Source: Nitrosopumilus sp.
GTDB taxonomy: Archaea; Thermoproteota; Nitrososphaeria; Nitrososphaerales; Nitrosopumilaceae
Length of the DNA stretch: 64,000 nt
NCBI GenBank assembly: GCA_965224195.1
Contig: OZ245040.1
Location: 128,001-192,000, forward strand
Direction: 5' to 3'
In this document: in pieces, positions 1-11,222 of the stretch
Layout of the letters: each line of letters opens with the position of its first letter
Numbering within the stretch: position 1 is the stretch's first letter
Notes under the pieces: model-generated
Seen by the model: only the letters and a program-made list of their open reading frames with translations
The model's database searches: none
What the model was told of the DNA's origin: nothing
Position numbers and translations under genes: made by a program

Positions 1-735
1 GTTGCATATACAATGTCAATGAAAGATTTCTTGGTTAGTGGAAAAATTGATTATATCCAAAGACCAAATGATACAGAAATTAGAAAAAATCGATTGACCC
101 CAATTCAAACACGTGAAGCCTTTACACAAGCAGGATGGAAAACTATTTGTGCATTTCAAACTAGAAATCCACCCCATGTAGCACATGAAATGTTACAAAA
201 AACATCAATTACAACTCGTGATGGTGTGTTTGTAAATCCAGTAATTGGAAAGAAAAAATCTGGTGATTTTGTAGATGAAGTTATTGTAAAATGCTATGAA
301 ACCATGATAAAATCATACTATCCTGAAAATAGATGCCAACTAGGAACATTACATACTCAAATGAAATATGCAGGTCCAAGAGAAGCAATACATCATGCAA
401 TTATGAGACAAAACTATGGTTGTACTCATATCATAATTGGACGTGATCATGCAGGTGTTGGAAAGTTCTATGATCCAATGGCAGCACAAAAAATCTTTAA
501 TGATTATCCAGAGTTAGAAATTTCTCCGGTATTTTTCCCACCATTCTTTTATTGTAGAAAATGTCTTACATACACTACTCCAAAGGCATGTCCACATGAC
601 AATGACGTTAAAGAACAAATTAGTGGAACTGCATTAAGAGAAATGATTCAAAATGGTCAGGCACCATCAGAATTCATTCTAAGACCAGAAGTTGCAAAAG
701 TAATTTTGGATCATCCAAAACCATTTGTTGATTAG
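1..735 (+). CDS. sat: Sulfate adenylyltransferase (ATP sulfurylase), 5' end outside window
   Basis: [44 protein letters not shown] and ISGT motifs; frame open from base 1. Confidence 0.95.
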   Translation, partial: VAYTMSMKDFLVSGKIDYIQRPNDTEIRKNRLTPIQTREAFTQAGWKTICAFQTRNPPHVAHEMLQKTSITTRDGVFVNPVIGKKKSGDFVDEVIVKCYETMIKSYYPENRCQLGTLHTQMKYAGPREAIHHAIMRQNYGCTHIIIGRDHAGVGKFYDPMAAQKIFNDYPELEISPVFFPPFFYCRKCLTYTTPKACPHDNDVKEQISGTALREMIQNGQAPSEFILRPEVAKVILDHPKPFVD

Positions 736-765
736 ATTTTTATTCAATCAGATTTACTCTAGCTT

Positions 766-1434
766 GTGAAGTACCTCTTTACGATAATCTTACTTGCTGA
801 AATTTCTGTATACCCTGTGTTTGCTCAGGAAACAACTAATCCATCATTAATCATTGATACATTAGAAATTCCTTCAGATGAATTTAACACAGTATTACGA
901 GAATCACCAATGAGAGTTTTAGATGATGTTCATGCTGTTAGTTGGCAAGTAACAGTTGATAATAATCTAGTATATGCAAATCCAGAAGGAAATGCAGTTC
1001 TTAGACTTTATGATCAAGAGACGCATGATGAATTTATTGAAGTCGGAATGGGACCAGAACCTGACAATAAATTTTGGGTAGCTGTTCAAACTCCAAAAGA
1101 AGGATACATTGTAGTTCATAGTGATTTAGACAGAGGATGGTATCCACAAGCAAAATCTATCATATCTTATACTGATAGAGCAGGACTAACTGTAAATAAT
1201 GGGGCTAGAATTGTTGTTACAAATCTGGATATTGGTCAATTTGCTACTCACTCATATTCTGTTCATGGAATGGCAGGCTCTACGGATCCACCTGCAGTGA
1301 GTTCTGGTAGTATGATAATAGAATTTCTATCAGGTGATCCTGCAAAGAACATATTTGCATTATATCCATTTGTTATGGCGGCAGGTGTAGGAATTATAGT
1401 TGCAGTGTTATTTGTAACAAAAAAGCGATCGTAG
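766..1434 (+). CDS. Secreted hypothetical protein with C-terminal TM anchor
   Basis: Signal peptide (VFAQE), C-terminal hydrophobic helix followed by KKRS. Confidence 0.75.
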   Translation: MKYLFTIILLAEISVYPVFAQETTNPSLIIDTLEIPSDEFNTVLRESPMRVLDDVHAVSWQVTVDNNLVYANPEGNAVLRLYDQETHDEFIEVGMGPEPDNKFWVAVQTPKEGYIVVHSDLDRGWYPQAKSIISYTDRAGLTVNNGARIVVTNLDIGQFATHSYSVHGMAGSTDPPAVSSGSMIIEFLSGDPAKNIFALYPFVMAAGVGIIVAVLFVTKKRS

Positions 1435-1572
1435 TAAATTTCAATTTAAGCATATATTTTAAAGTCAAAATCCTTCCTAATGTAATTAAATTTTAGTACA
1501 TACTAGATGTTTTTTTTACCACTTTTGGAACATTCCACGTATCGTTATAAGTATAAAAACTAGAATTTTTTT

Positions 1573-4500
1573 ATGAAAACAAATAGTGTAGGATTATTCT
1601 TAGTGGCACTATTGTTAATTAGTTCAATACTTTCTCCTTCTATACAACAAGCATTTGCGGTTCTAGATGTTATTCTAAATGGAACAACAGAGACAATTAC
1701 ATCAGATGAAACTCATGGAAATCTTACTATTGAAAATAGTGCTACATTAATTGTACAAAGTGGAACAACACTAAGTCTTACTGGAATTTTAACTATTGAA
1801 AATGGTGGTAAATTAATTGTTGAAAATGATGCTAATATTGAATTAGTTGGTAATGATAACCTTAATGGTATTGTTAATCAAATTGGTGGAGACATTGATC
1901 AGTTTGGTACCATTACAAACGAAAATCCACTAACATTAATTTTGGTTAATCAAGGAAGCTGGATTGTGTTTTGTGGTATTTTAGAACTAAATGGTTTACA
2001 ATGGACAGGAACCCCTGCAACTTTTGAATGTATTGAAGAAATTATTCTCCCAATTACTGAAGTTCCTGAAGGAACTACATATGTTGTTGATGATCAAGGA
2101 GGAAAAATTGTAGTAATTGAAAATAATCTTCTCGTCAAAGGACTTTTACTTAATTCTGGTTTTCTGTCAAATAGGGCACTAATCACACTTGATGATTCTA
2201 TAGGTAGTGGAACAATTGATCTTTCTGGAGGTGGCACACTTCAAAATGTTTGTGGAAATTTCCTTACTAGAGGACTTACTGGATCTGGTGATGTAATGGG
2301 TGCTAACAACATTGTTCTTACTTGTAATTCACCTACTGCAAACGATGATAATTATTCTGTGGACGAAGATAATATTTTATCAGAACCATCTAATGGAATT
2401 TTATTTAATGATGTTCAAGCTGTAAATGAAAACATTCCTGGTGATGATCCAACATTATTTGCGTTATTACTTTCTACTCCTTCAAATGGTGTTGCATCAG
2501 TAAATATTGATGGTAGTTTTACTTATTCTCCAAGTCCTGAATTTTTTGGAAATGATTTTTTCAGTTATTCAATAGTTGATGGAAATGGAGGAATAGACTC
2601 TGCAACAGTGTTTATCACAATTAATTCTGTTAATGATTCTCCAACTGCAAATGATGATGTTGATTCTACTGATGAAGATACTCCAGTAACAATTCCTGTA
2701 CTAGACAATGATAGTGATCTTGAAAATGATCCACTTACAGTAACTGATTCTACTGATGGCTCTAATGGTTCTACTACTACAGATGGAACCACTGTAACTT
2801 ACACACCAAATGCGGACTTTTTTGGTTCTGATTCTTTTACATATACAATGACTGATGATGATGGTTCAGATTCTGCAACGGTAACAATTAATGTTGCTAT
2901 GATAAATGATCCACCTAAAGTTTCAATTATTTCTCCTCTTAACAATGATGCATTCTTAGTTGGTGAATCCATTACATTTGTTGGAAGTGCATTGGATACT
3001 GAGGACGGAATTTTATCATCTAACTTGGATTGGTTTTCTAACCTAGATGGTGCATTAGGTACTGGTGAATCACTAACTTTGTTAAATCTCTCAGAAGGAA
3101 TTCATAACATTCAAACTACAACATCTGATTCAAACGGATCTAGTGATACTGATTTTATTTCTATAACTGTACAAGTTGATCTCTCTACCATGGAATTCTG
3201 TGATAACAAAACAATTCATGAACTTGAGAAATATGCAAACAAAGGAAAATACAACTTGATTAATAATAGAAATGGTCCAAGTACTACTTTAACTGGTACT
3301 GATAAAGCTGATCTTATCTTTGCTGGCGACTTTGGTGATATAATTGAAGGAAAAGGCGGCAATGATTGTATCATCAGAGTTTGCAAATGATGATCTTTCT
3401 GGTGGTAGTGGTAATGATGAAATCTTTGGATTAAGCGGAGATGATCTTATTTTCGGTAATGCTGGAAATGATTTCTTAGATGGTGGTAGTGATAATGATA
3501 CAATTGAATCTGGTAAAGGTAATAACAAAATTTTAGCTGGTAGTGGCGATGATGAAGTTCTTGCTGGTAAAGGTAATGACAAGATAGATGGTGGTGCAGG
3601 TGATGATTTGATTGAAGGAAAAGGCGGTAATGATGAGATTAGAGGAGGCACTGGTGATGATGAAATCTTAGGTGGTGCCGGTAATGACAAGATAGATGGT
3701 GGTCCTGAAGAGGATGTTATTGAAGGAAACGGTGGCAATGACCACATCAAAGGTGGTGCAGGTGAAGACGACTTGAAAGGAAACGGTGGTAATGACAGAA
3801 TTGAAGGCGGCGATGACAATGATGTAATTTCTGGTGGTAATGGCGATGATGAAATCTTTGGTGGTAGTACTTACACTAGATATGACAAACATGATGATGA
3901 TAACGATGATTACAAAGACAAGAAACATGACAAAGACAAGAAACATGACAAAGACAAGAAACATGACAAAGACAAGAAACATGACAAAGACAAGAAACAT
4001 GACAAAGACAAGAAACATGACGATGAAAACAATGGAGATGATACCATCTCTGGAGGTGCCGGTAATGACAAGATATCTGGTGGAAATGGTGATGATATAA
4101 TTTCTGGTAATGGTGATAATGATAAAATAGATGGTGATAACGGTAATGACATAATTAAAGGCGGTGGAAGAAATGATCACATCAAAGGTGGTAACGGTGA
4201 TGATGATCTAAAAGGTGGTAACGGTGATGATCATGTTGACGGTGATGACGGTAATGATGTAATTGCTGGCGGTAAAGGTAATGATAAACTACATGGTAAA
4301 AATGGCAATGATATAATCAAAGGTGGCGCAGATAATGATGATCTAAAAGGTGGTAACGGTGATGATGATCTAAAAGGTAATGCTGGTAATGATAAACTCA
4401 ATGGTGAAAAAGGTATTGACATGTTAAACGGTGGTTCTGGCGAAGACAAATGTCATCAAGATGATGATGACACTGAAAAATTGTGAAAATGGAGATGGAA

Positions 4501-5012
4501 ATCCTATACCCGACAACTTTGTATCAAATGGAAGCTTTGAAACACCTGTAATTACTAATGAAAATGGTTGGAATACCTTCCCAACAGGAACATCTGATTT
4601 ACACTGGACTGTCACTGCAGTATCTTCTGACTGTGCTGAAGAATTAGAAATTCAGCGTCAAATATTGGAGGGTCCTGATGAGGGCTTACAGCACGCAGAA
4701 CTTGATGCACATTGCTCAGTGAGTATATCCCAAACCATTGATACTGTTGCTGGAAAAAAATATGAATTAAGTTATGCATCAAAAGAAAGACCTAACACTT
4801 CTACTCAAACAAATGGATTATTAGTTAACTTGAATGGTGACGAAATTTCTGAAATTTCAAACATGTCCTCTGATTGGAAAACTAAAAAACATAAATTTAT
4901 TGTAATTGGTTTTACTACAATTGAATTTGTTGATATTGGAACATCAGATAGCTATGGTACATTCTTAGATGATGTCAAAGTTACATTGTATTCTGATAAA
5001 CACAACGACTAA
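1573..5012 (+). pseudogene. Large secreted adhesin-like protein (cadherin-like Ig/tandem-95 repeats, RTX Ca-binding nonapeptide repeats, DUF642-like C-terminal domain) split into three ORFs (1573-3390, 3344-4486, 4431-5012)
   Basis: Signal peptide; PTANDD...FTYTP...FFGSDSFTY Ig repeats; GGxGNDxI repeats start at end of ORF1 and continue in ORF2; NGSFETP...GTFLDDVKV in ORF3; frameshifts near 3376-3386 and at the A5 run near 4476-4480. Confidence 0.8.
3912..4019 (+). repeat. 18-bp coding tandem repeat x6 (DKKHDK-type)
   Basis: acaaagacaagaaacatg repeated six times exactly. Confidence 0.95.
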
Positions 5013-5055
5013 GAGAATTTCTAAATAAAATCCTATAGTTAAAAACTAAATTATT

Positions 5056-5442
5056 CTAAAGAATTGTAATTTGTGCAGAAGCTTCAGTATCAATCAAAAC
5101 TTTCATTTCTGTTTCTAATGCATCAAATTCTTTTTTTGAAATTATTACAAGTGGTATATTTGCTAAAGCACATCCAGTAGCTACTGTAAGATCTGCTTTT
5201 TTACAAATCATTGCAAGTGGTGCTGTTTCATTTGATTTTATTGAATAGATTGTGTATGCACCAACACTACTTCCTACACCTGATGGAAAAATAAGAACTG
5301 TATCTTTCATTGATTTTTGATATAAATCATGATTTTTGTCACTAATAATTCCAGTTTTTTTATCAACTGTACCCAAAAAATTAATTGGGTTTTCAGATTT
5401 TAAAATAATTCCCTTCACTTTTCCTGAAACTAAAACTTTCAT
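5056..5442 (-). CDS. Aconitase X swivel subunit (DUF126; phosphomevalonate dehydratase small subunit)
   Basis: INFLGTVDKKTG and GVGSSVG motifs; 4-bp overlap with large subunit gene. Confidence 0.85.
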   Translation of the reverse strand: MKVLVSGKVKGIILKSENPINFLGTVDKKTGIISDKNHDLYQKSMKDTVLIFPSGVGSSVGAYTIYSIKSNETAPLAMICKKADLTVATGCALANIPLVIISKKEFDALETEMKVLIDTEASAQITIL

Positions 5443-6593
5443 CTTGTCTCATCTTCAACTATTTGTAATAGAGGTTTTAGATTGACATCTACACCATTAG
5501 AATTTTTAAGATAAAATGCTCCCTTGATACTATTAGTTGTAACTGCATCAACACTATCTTTACCAATTAATGGGGACAAACATGTGCAGCAATCAGATAG
5601 AATTTCACATCCTGCACGTTCAAGTTCTGCAGTATATCCAATTTTTGTTGATTGTTCTTTTACTGTTCTGGGCATAAACACCATACATCTTTTTTGAAAA
5701 GAACGACCCTTTAGTTTAGCAGTAAGATCAGATATTTCATCTAGTCCTAATTGAGGACTACCAAGTGTAACGATATCCCCTTTTTCTGCAGTGTTTAATT
5801 CATCATGAATATTTTGCATTTCTTTTTCGTCGAAATCTATTTTTTCACAATCAGATTCACCTTCTCCAAAAATAAATTTAGCACAAGTTCCGGATGTTCC
5901 CATTCCACCACACATTGCTTTGGTTTGTCGTTTATCCATTTCTCCTATTCCTGAAATATTTACAGATGTATCACCAATTTTTCCTGCGAAAAATCCAAGC
6001 ATTCCATATGTCAATTCATTTGGATTATTGACTTTCATTCTAATTGTAATATTTGGGGAACCCTCTTTTCTTAATGAAGAATATGGACTTTTTCCAACAA
6101 TCGCACTAGCTAATGCGCTAAATGCACTTTCTTTGTTTGTCTTTAGATTATCAAATGAATTTGCATGAATTGCTGCGTTGCTTTCTGCAAATGCAACTTG
6201 AGTTCCATCTTTTGGAATATCAAATATTTCATAAGGAATACATGAAAATGAAGGAATAACACCCATTGTTTCATATGAATTTCTAATGGAAAGTTGTTTT
6301 GAGATAAAATTATCATCCAAGCCATAATTTTTTACATTATCTATATCGAATCCCATTGGATTCAAAGTAGTTTTTATTTTAACACGTGCATTTTTGCTTA
6401 TGGTGGATAGAAATTTTTCACCGGCATCACCAATTGTATTGTAATTTACTCCTGAAAGATGAGCCCATTCTATTGGAATTAGTTTTTCAGCATCAGTTGC
6501 CTCACCAGTTGCAACTAGAATCCTATAAGCTGTCTCTAAAACTTCCCCCTGTTCACCTTTTAATGCAGATTCTTCCTCTTTAGTTAATTCCAA
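5439..6593 (-). CDS. Aconitase X catalytic subunit (DUF521; phosphomevalonate dehydratase large subunit)
   Basis: AHLSGVNYNTIG, TTLNP, FSCIPY, AFAESNA, LGSPQ, TNSIKGAFY motifs. Confidence 0.85.
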   Translation of the reverse strand: MELTKEEESALKGEQGEVLETAYRILVATGEATDAEKLIPIEWAHLSGVNYNTIGDAGEKFLSTISKNARVKIKTTLNPMGFDIDNVKNYGLDDNFISKQLSIRNSYETMGVIPSFSCIPYEIFDIPKDGTQVAFAESNAAIHANSFDNLKTNKESAFSALASAIVGKSPYSSLRKEGSPNITIRMKVNNPNELTYGMLGFFAGKIGDTSVNISGIGEMDKRQTKAMCGGMGTSGTCAKFIFGEGESDCEKIDFDEKEMQNIHDELNTAEKGDIVTLGSPQLGLDEISDLTAKLKGRSFQKRCMVFMPRTVKEQSTKIGYTAELERAGCEILSDCCTCLSPLIGKDSVDAVTTNSIKGAFYLKNSNGVDVNLKPLLQIVEDETR

Positions 6594-6624
6594 CAGAATT
6601 CTTTTGTTATTACAGTTATAATAC

Positions 6625-7293
6625 TTGTACGTAGTTTTTCAGTTGGAAATGCAAAAAATACTTTCTGGAATGACAAAGACAATGAATGCAGTAAAGCCTC
6701 CAAGAATAACTGCATTAAGAGATCTTCACGATGCAGAAACTGGACCATTTAGTATTTTGATTGGAACCATATTATCTGCAAGAACTAAAGATGAAGCTAC
6801 AACAAAAGCTGTTAAAGAATTATTTTCAATATATAAAAATCCCAAGCAATTATCAAATGCGAAAGTAAAAGATATTGAAAAAATCATAAAATCTATTGGA
6901 TTTTACCATGTAAAATCTAAAAGAATAATTGAAGTAGCCAAAATTATAGATTCAAAATATCATGGAATCGTGCCTGATGACTTGGAAACTTTAGTTAAAC
7001 TTCCTGGAGTAGGTAGAAAAACCGCTAATTGTGTTCTAGTATACGCATTTGAAAAATCTGCAATTCCAGTTGATATTCATGTACACAGAATATCAAACAG
7101 ATTAGGTCTTGTTGAAACAAAAACTCCTGAGGAAACAGAACAAGAATTAATGAAAAAAATACCAAAAAAATTTTGGATTGATATTAATGATACATTTGTA
7201 ATGTATGGACAAAATATTTGTAAGCCTATTTCTCCAATGTGTGATGTTTGTAAAATAAAAAAAAATTGCAAATTCTATAAATCTAAAAACTAA
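6625..7293 (+). CDS. nth: Endonuclease III (start probably ATG 6649)
   Basis: HhH LPGVGRKTAN, VDIHVHRI, CxxxxxxCxxCxxxxxC 4Fe-4S motif. Confidence 0.95.
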   Translation: MYVVFQLEMQKILSGMTKTMNAVKPPRITALRDLHDAETGPFSILIGTILSARTKDEATTKAVKELFSIYKNPKQLSNAKVKDIEKIIKSIGFYHVKSKRIIEVAKIIDSKYHGIVPDDLETLVKLPGVGRKTANCVLVYAFEKSAIPVDIHVHRISNRLGLVETKTPEETEQELMKKIPKKFWIDINDTFVMYGQNICKPISPMCDVCKIKKNCKFYKSKN

Positions 7294-7358
7294 ATTATCA
7301 TTTAATTTGTAAAAGAATAAATAAAAAACAAGTTAATTTATAAAAAAATAAAATTAAC

Positions 7359-8063
7359 TTATTGGATTGTAATGGTCCATTTGACAGCTAAACTGTCACC
7401 GGCAGATACGGCTACACCGCCACCAGTTAGGTCTTGGATTGCAAACATTTCTGATTGAGTTCCAATTACACCTGTGGCTACACATGAGCCATCACCTGGT
7501 TCAGTTGTATCTTTGATTAAAATGTCTCCATTAAAGATTCCTGATTGTGTTACTGTTGTAGCATTGTTTACATCAAACTTGAAAGTATCTGTTCCAACAT
7601 CAAGTTCAACTTGTGTACCAGATCCAACATTAGTAACTGTTACATCTGGAACAACTAACTTTCTTGCCATCTCACCAGCGTTTGAAGTGCTGGCACATGT
7701 AGCAGTTGTAGCTGTATCTAATTCTACATCAGTGGCAGCAGCAGCACCATTTCCAATTGCGATATATTGAAATGCTGCATCATTTCCACAATCACCATCG
7801 GTGGTTGTGTCAAATAATCTTGCACCAGCACAATCGGTTCCATCTTCTACAACTACGTTGTCAGTTTGGAGGTATGCTTTTACATTGCCATTACTGTCAT
7901 ATGCGGTATATTCAAAATGTCCAAACATGCCCATTGCCTCTTGTGTTTGAGGAACTGAAGCTAATGCCATTGGAGATGATGAAACACCAGATAGACTGTA
8001 TGTCGTCATAGCTATTGCAAATAAACCTGCAAATAGTGCTATGCTTTTTGTTCTATTTATTAT
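7359..8063 (-). CDS. Secreted beta-rich protein, phage tail-collar-like motif pattern; signal peptide lies upstream of the tracked ATG at 8009
   Basis: Frame stays open upstream as IINRTKSIALFAGLFAIAM with only ATA available as start; DNVVV..G, YIAIGNG, GIFN, LAVKWTIT motifs. Confidence 0.6.
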   Translation of the reverse strand: MINRTKSIALFAGLFAIAMTTYSLSGVSSSPMALASVPQTQEAMGMFGHFEYTAYDSNGNVKAYLQTDNVVVEDGTDCAGARLFDTTTDGDCGNDAAFQYIAIGNGAAAATDVELDTATTATCASTSNAGEMARKLVVPDVTVTNVGSGTQVELDVGTDTFKFDVNNATTVTQSGIFNGDILIKDTTEPGDGSCVATGVIGTQSEMFAIQDLTGGGVAVSAGDSLAVKWTITIQ

Positions 8064-8135
8064 AGAGTATATTTTATTCTAGATTATAGGTATCATGGCA
8101 AAATATGACTAACTAATAGATCCATTTTGGCACTT

Positions 8136-8363
8136 TTATGAATTTTTGATTCCAATCTTTTCAGTAAATTCTACAGAGAATTCCTTACCTTCAGATTTTG
8201 GTTCTTCAATAACACTTTCTTCTACATTTGGTTCTTCAATAACACTTTCTTCTACATTTGGAATCTTCTCGGAATTTTCATTATTTTGTTCTGATGATAA
8301 TGAAAATCCAACTATCACAATAATGATTATGACTCCTATCCCTATTCCAATACCTTTCTTCAT
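8136..8363 (-). CDS. Small membrane-anchored acidic protein with 30-bp duplication
   Basis: MKKGIGIGIGVIIIIVIVGF helix; PNVEESVIEE x2. Confidence 0.6.
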   Translation of the reverse strand: MKKGIGIGIGVIIIIVIVGFSLSSEQNNENSEKIPNVEESVIEEPNVEESVIEEPKSEGKEFSVEFTEKIGIKNS

Positions 8364-8398
8364 GATTTTTAATCGTTTTACTGACTGTTTTTGCAGTA

Positions 8399-9146
8399 TT
8401 GTTTTCAATAACATTATTTTATGGTGATGTTTATGCGTTATCAGAACCTATACTAATTTCAATTTCTCCTACAATGAAAGATATTGTTCTTGATGGTAAA
8501 TGGGCATTTTTTACAGAATGGAAACCTACTAGTTTAACATATGTGACAAATGATGACAAACAAATGATACTTAGAACTGCACACTGAAAACTATATCTAT
8601 ATTTTTGTAGATTCTGTTGACGATTCTACTTTAGATGTGGGATTTGATCAAACAATAATTTGTTTTGATGGTGAAAACAATAAAAGTGATATTCCTGATA
8701 AAAATGATTTTTGTTTTTCATCTATTTTGAGAGATGATCAAGGAATTATTTTTCAAGGTAATTCTACAAATGAAAGTTCAAAATATTTTCAAAAAATTTT
8801 AATTCCAGAAAATTTTACCGCAATAAGTAATGTATCTGATGAAAATGATCGTTATACAAAAATTCCACATCCTGGATTTGAATTTAAAATACCCACAGAT
8901 CTAATTCAACGTTCAGATAATTATGGATTTTTTTTATCAGTGTATGATTCTGACTCTAATATTTTTTTTACTTATCCAGAAATATATCAAGATAATATTA
9001 TGAATATTCCCTCACCTAAACTATGGGGTGATCTTATTTCACCAGACAAATCATTACCTGAATTACATTACCCAATCATGATTTTTGTTATAATGACTAT
9101 ATCGATAATAATATTTCAAAGAAAAATATCTGTAGTTAAATTTTAA
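8399..9146 (+). pseudogene. Frameshifted secreted/membrane-anchored hypothetical protein
   Basis: ORFs 8399-8587 and 8637-9146 join via a frameshift near 8585 (RTAH / ENYIYIFVDS); C-terminal LPE motif plus TM helix. Confidence 0.65.
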
Positions 9147-9266
9147 AAAATTTGAAATATTTTGGATTTAACTCTTTTTTAATAAATTTAGGTTAACATT
9201 ATTTGTTTGAGCATAAATTTTATTATAAATTAATATTCATTTAGTTCTGGATGGGTTAACATAGGC

Positions 9267-10421
9267 ATGGTTCATAAAAATCCCCAAATCTCAATTATTT
9301 TACCCACGTATAACGAGTCTCAAAATATCGTAAATATATTAAAATCAATTCAAGCAAATATTCCTAAAGGAATCTATACTGAGACAATTGTTGTTGATGA
9401 TAACTCTCCTGATGGAACTGGCAAAATTGTAGAAGATCATATCTGTAATCTTAAAAAAATTGCAGAAAATTCTATAAATATAATTCATAGAAAAGCAAAA
9501 AATGGACTTTCTTCTGCAATATTAAACGGAATACAAAATGCAAAGGGTGAAACCATTGTAGTTATGGATTCTGATCTTTCACATCCCCCACAAATAATCC
9601 CAAAAATGATTGAAACATTCAAACAATATCAATGTGATCTTGTTGTAGCATCAAGATACATTACTGATGGACATATTCATGGATGGACAACTAAACGAAA
9701 ACTGATGAGTAAAGTTGCAACCATTATTGCAAAGAAAGGATTAGGTGTTAAAATAAAAGATCCAATGTCTGGATTTTTTGCTTTTAAAAAAAATATCATT
9801 AAAGAATTAAACTTTGATGGATTAGGCTATAAAATTCTTTTAGAAATTATTGTTAAAACAAAAGGAGTTAAAATTAAAGAAATTCCTTATACTTTTGAAA
9901 ACAGACAATTTGGTTCAAGCAAATTAGATAGTTCAACAATAATTGATTATTTTAAATCTGTTTTTAAATTATACAAGTATGGAAAAATTTCTGAAAAACA
10001 AGAAGGAAGAACTTCTGTAAGATTTCTTTCTAAGGCTGCAAGATTCTTTACTGTTGGCGCATTTGGACTTGCAATTAATTATTTAGTTTCTTTACTATTT
10101 GTTGATGGAATTTCTAATTTATGGTATATTCATGCAACATCAATAGGAATTATAGCATCAATGACTACGAATTTTATTTTAAATAAAATTTGGACTTTTA
10201 GTGATAAAGATTTTGCATTAATTAAAACATTAAAACAATATGGAAAGTTTGTAGGTTTTAGTTCTCTTGGTGCGCTTTTACAGTTAGGAATAGTATTCTA
10301 TCTAGTTGACATTCAGAATATTTCTTATCCAATTTCTTTGGTTGGTGCAGTAGGGTTAGCTGCATTTGGAAATTTTATACTAAACAAAAAATGGATTTTT
10401 AAAGAAAAATTGTGGAATTAA
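9267..10421 (+). CDS. Dolichol-phosphate mannosyltransferase-like GT2 fused to a GtrA membrane domain
   Basis: ILPTYNE, VVDDNSPDGT, MDSDLSHPP, DPMSGFF; four C-terminal TM helices with NFILNK. Confidence 0.9.
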   Translation: MVHKNPQISIILPTYNESQNIVNILKSIQANIPKGIYTETIVVDDNSPDGTGKIVEDHICNLKKIAENSINIIHRKAKNGLSSAILNGIQNAKGETIVVMDSDLSHPPQIIPKMIETFKQYQCDLVVASRYITDGHIHGWTTKRKLMSKVATIIAKKGLGVKIKDPMSGFFAFKKNIIKELNFDGLGYKILLEIIVKTKGVKIKEIPYTFENRQFGSSKLDSSTIIDYFKSVFKLYKYGKISEKQEGRTSVRFLSKAARFFTVGAFGLAINYLVSLLFVDGISNLWYIHATSIGIIASMTTNFILNKIWTFSDKDFALIKTLKQYGKFVGFSSLGALLQLGIVFYLVDIQNISYPISLVGAVGLAAFGNFILNKKWIFKEKLWN

Positions 10422-10468
10422 ATTTTTAAAAAATTAAAATAAAAAGAACTGACTTACGTCTTTCCTAA

Positions 10469-11119
10469 CTACTCAAAGGTAGAAGTAGAGGATTGTGACG
10501 AAAGTCCAGTTGAAGATGGTACAGATGGGAATTTATCTCCTATCTGTTGCTCAGCTACTGCAGATGCTTCTTGAAGAATCTTTTCGGTTTCTTCACTTGA
10601 AACATCAGACTCCATACTAAATGAGTCTCCTGCAAGTGAATCCATCATCAGTCCATTAAGTGTCTGGGTCATACTGTTCAATTCTGAATCAGCTTCTGGC
10701 ATGAATCTTCCTAGCGATGACTTCAATCCCTTCATTGTAGACATTGCTGGTCCAATTGCTACCATAGCATCACCAAGATCATGAATAGTTGTCAGTCTTA
10801 GTTGGACTTGTTCTAATGACATTCTTGCGTTGCCGAGCATCTTTGTAACTTTACGAATTTCAGCTAATTCGTTGGACAAAACTCTACTTGTGCTAGTATC
10901 ATGTTGTTGCATTGCAGTCACGACTCTTTGAAAGAGTTGCGCATCTCTTTCGTGCAGTTTACCTAACATAGAGTCCATTTTTGAGATTTGGACTTGTAGT
11001 TTGTTTACTGCTGTTTGAATACGTGGTTTTAATGCACCTTGAGGTTTTACTGCATCTCGTAGTTTGCCAGTTACGCTTTGGGTCTCTTGTCGAGCCCAAG
11101 TACTATCGAAGTTTGGCAT
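10469..11119 (-). CDS. cdvB: ESCRT-III/Snf7 family cell division protein, CdvB paralogue
   Basis: SNELAEIRKV, SLEQVQLRLTTIHDLGD, ILQEASAVAE motifs. Confidence 0.9.
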   Translation of the reverse strand: MPNFDSTWARQETQSVTGKLRDAVKPQGALKPRIQTAVNKLQVQISKMDSMLGKLHERDAQLFQRVVTAMQQHDTSTSRVLSNELAEIRKVTKMLGNARMSLEQVQLRLTTIHDLGDAMVAIGPAMSTMKGLKSSLGRFMPEADSELNSMTQTLNGLMMDSLAGDSFSMESDVSSEETEKILQEASAVAEQQIGDKFPSVPSSTGLSSQSSTSTFE

Positions 11120-11222
11120 GACATGGAATTTAGAAATTTAGTCTTAATCAACAGTGTAAATTTAGATCAGCTTTCGACTAAATTTAGCTAACAAACATTA
11201 GCTTTTATCTCTTGTATTATTT

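Noticed and set aside
3289-4449. Several antisense and alternative-frame ORFs over the RTX repeats
   Set aside because: Shadow frames of low-complexity coding repeats
8197-8261. 30-bp duplication as a third spacer-type event
   Set aside because: Head-to-tail tandem copy with no foreign insert; ordinary slippage
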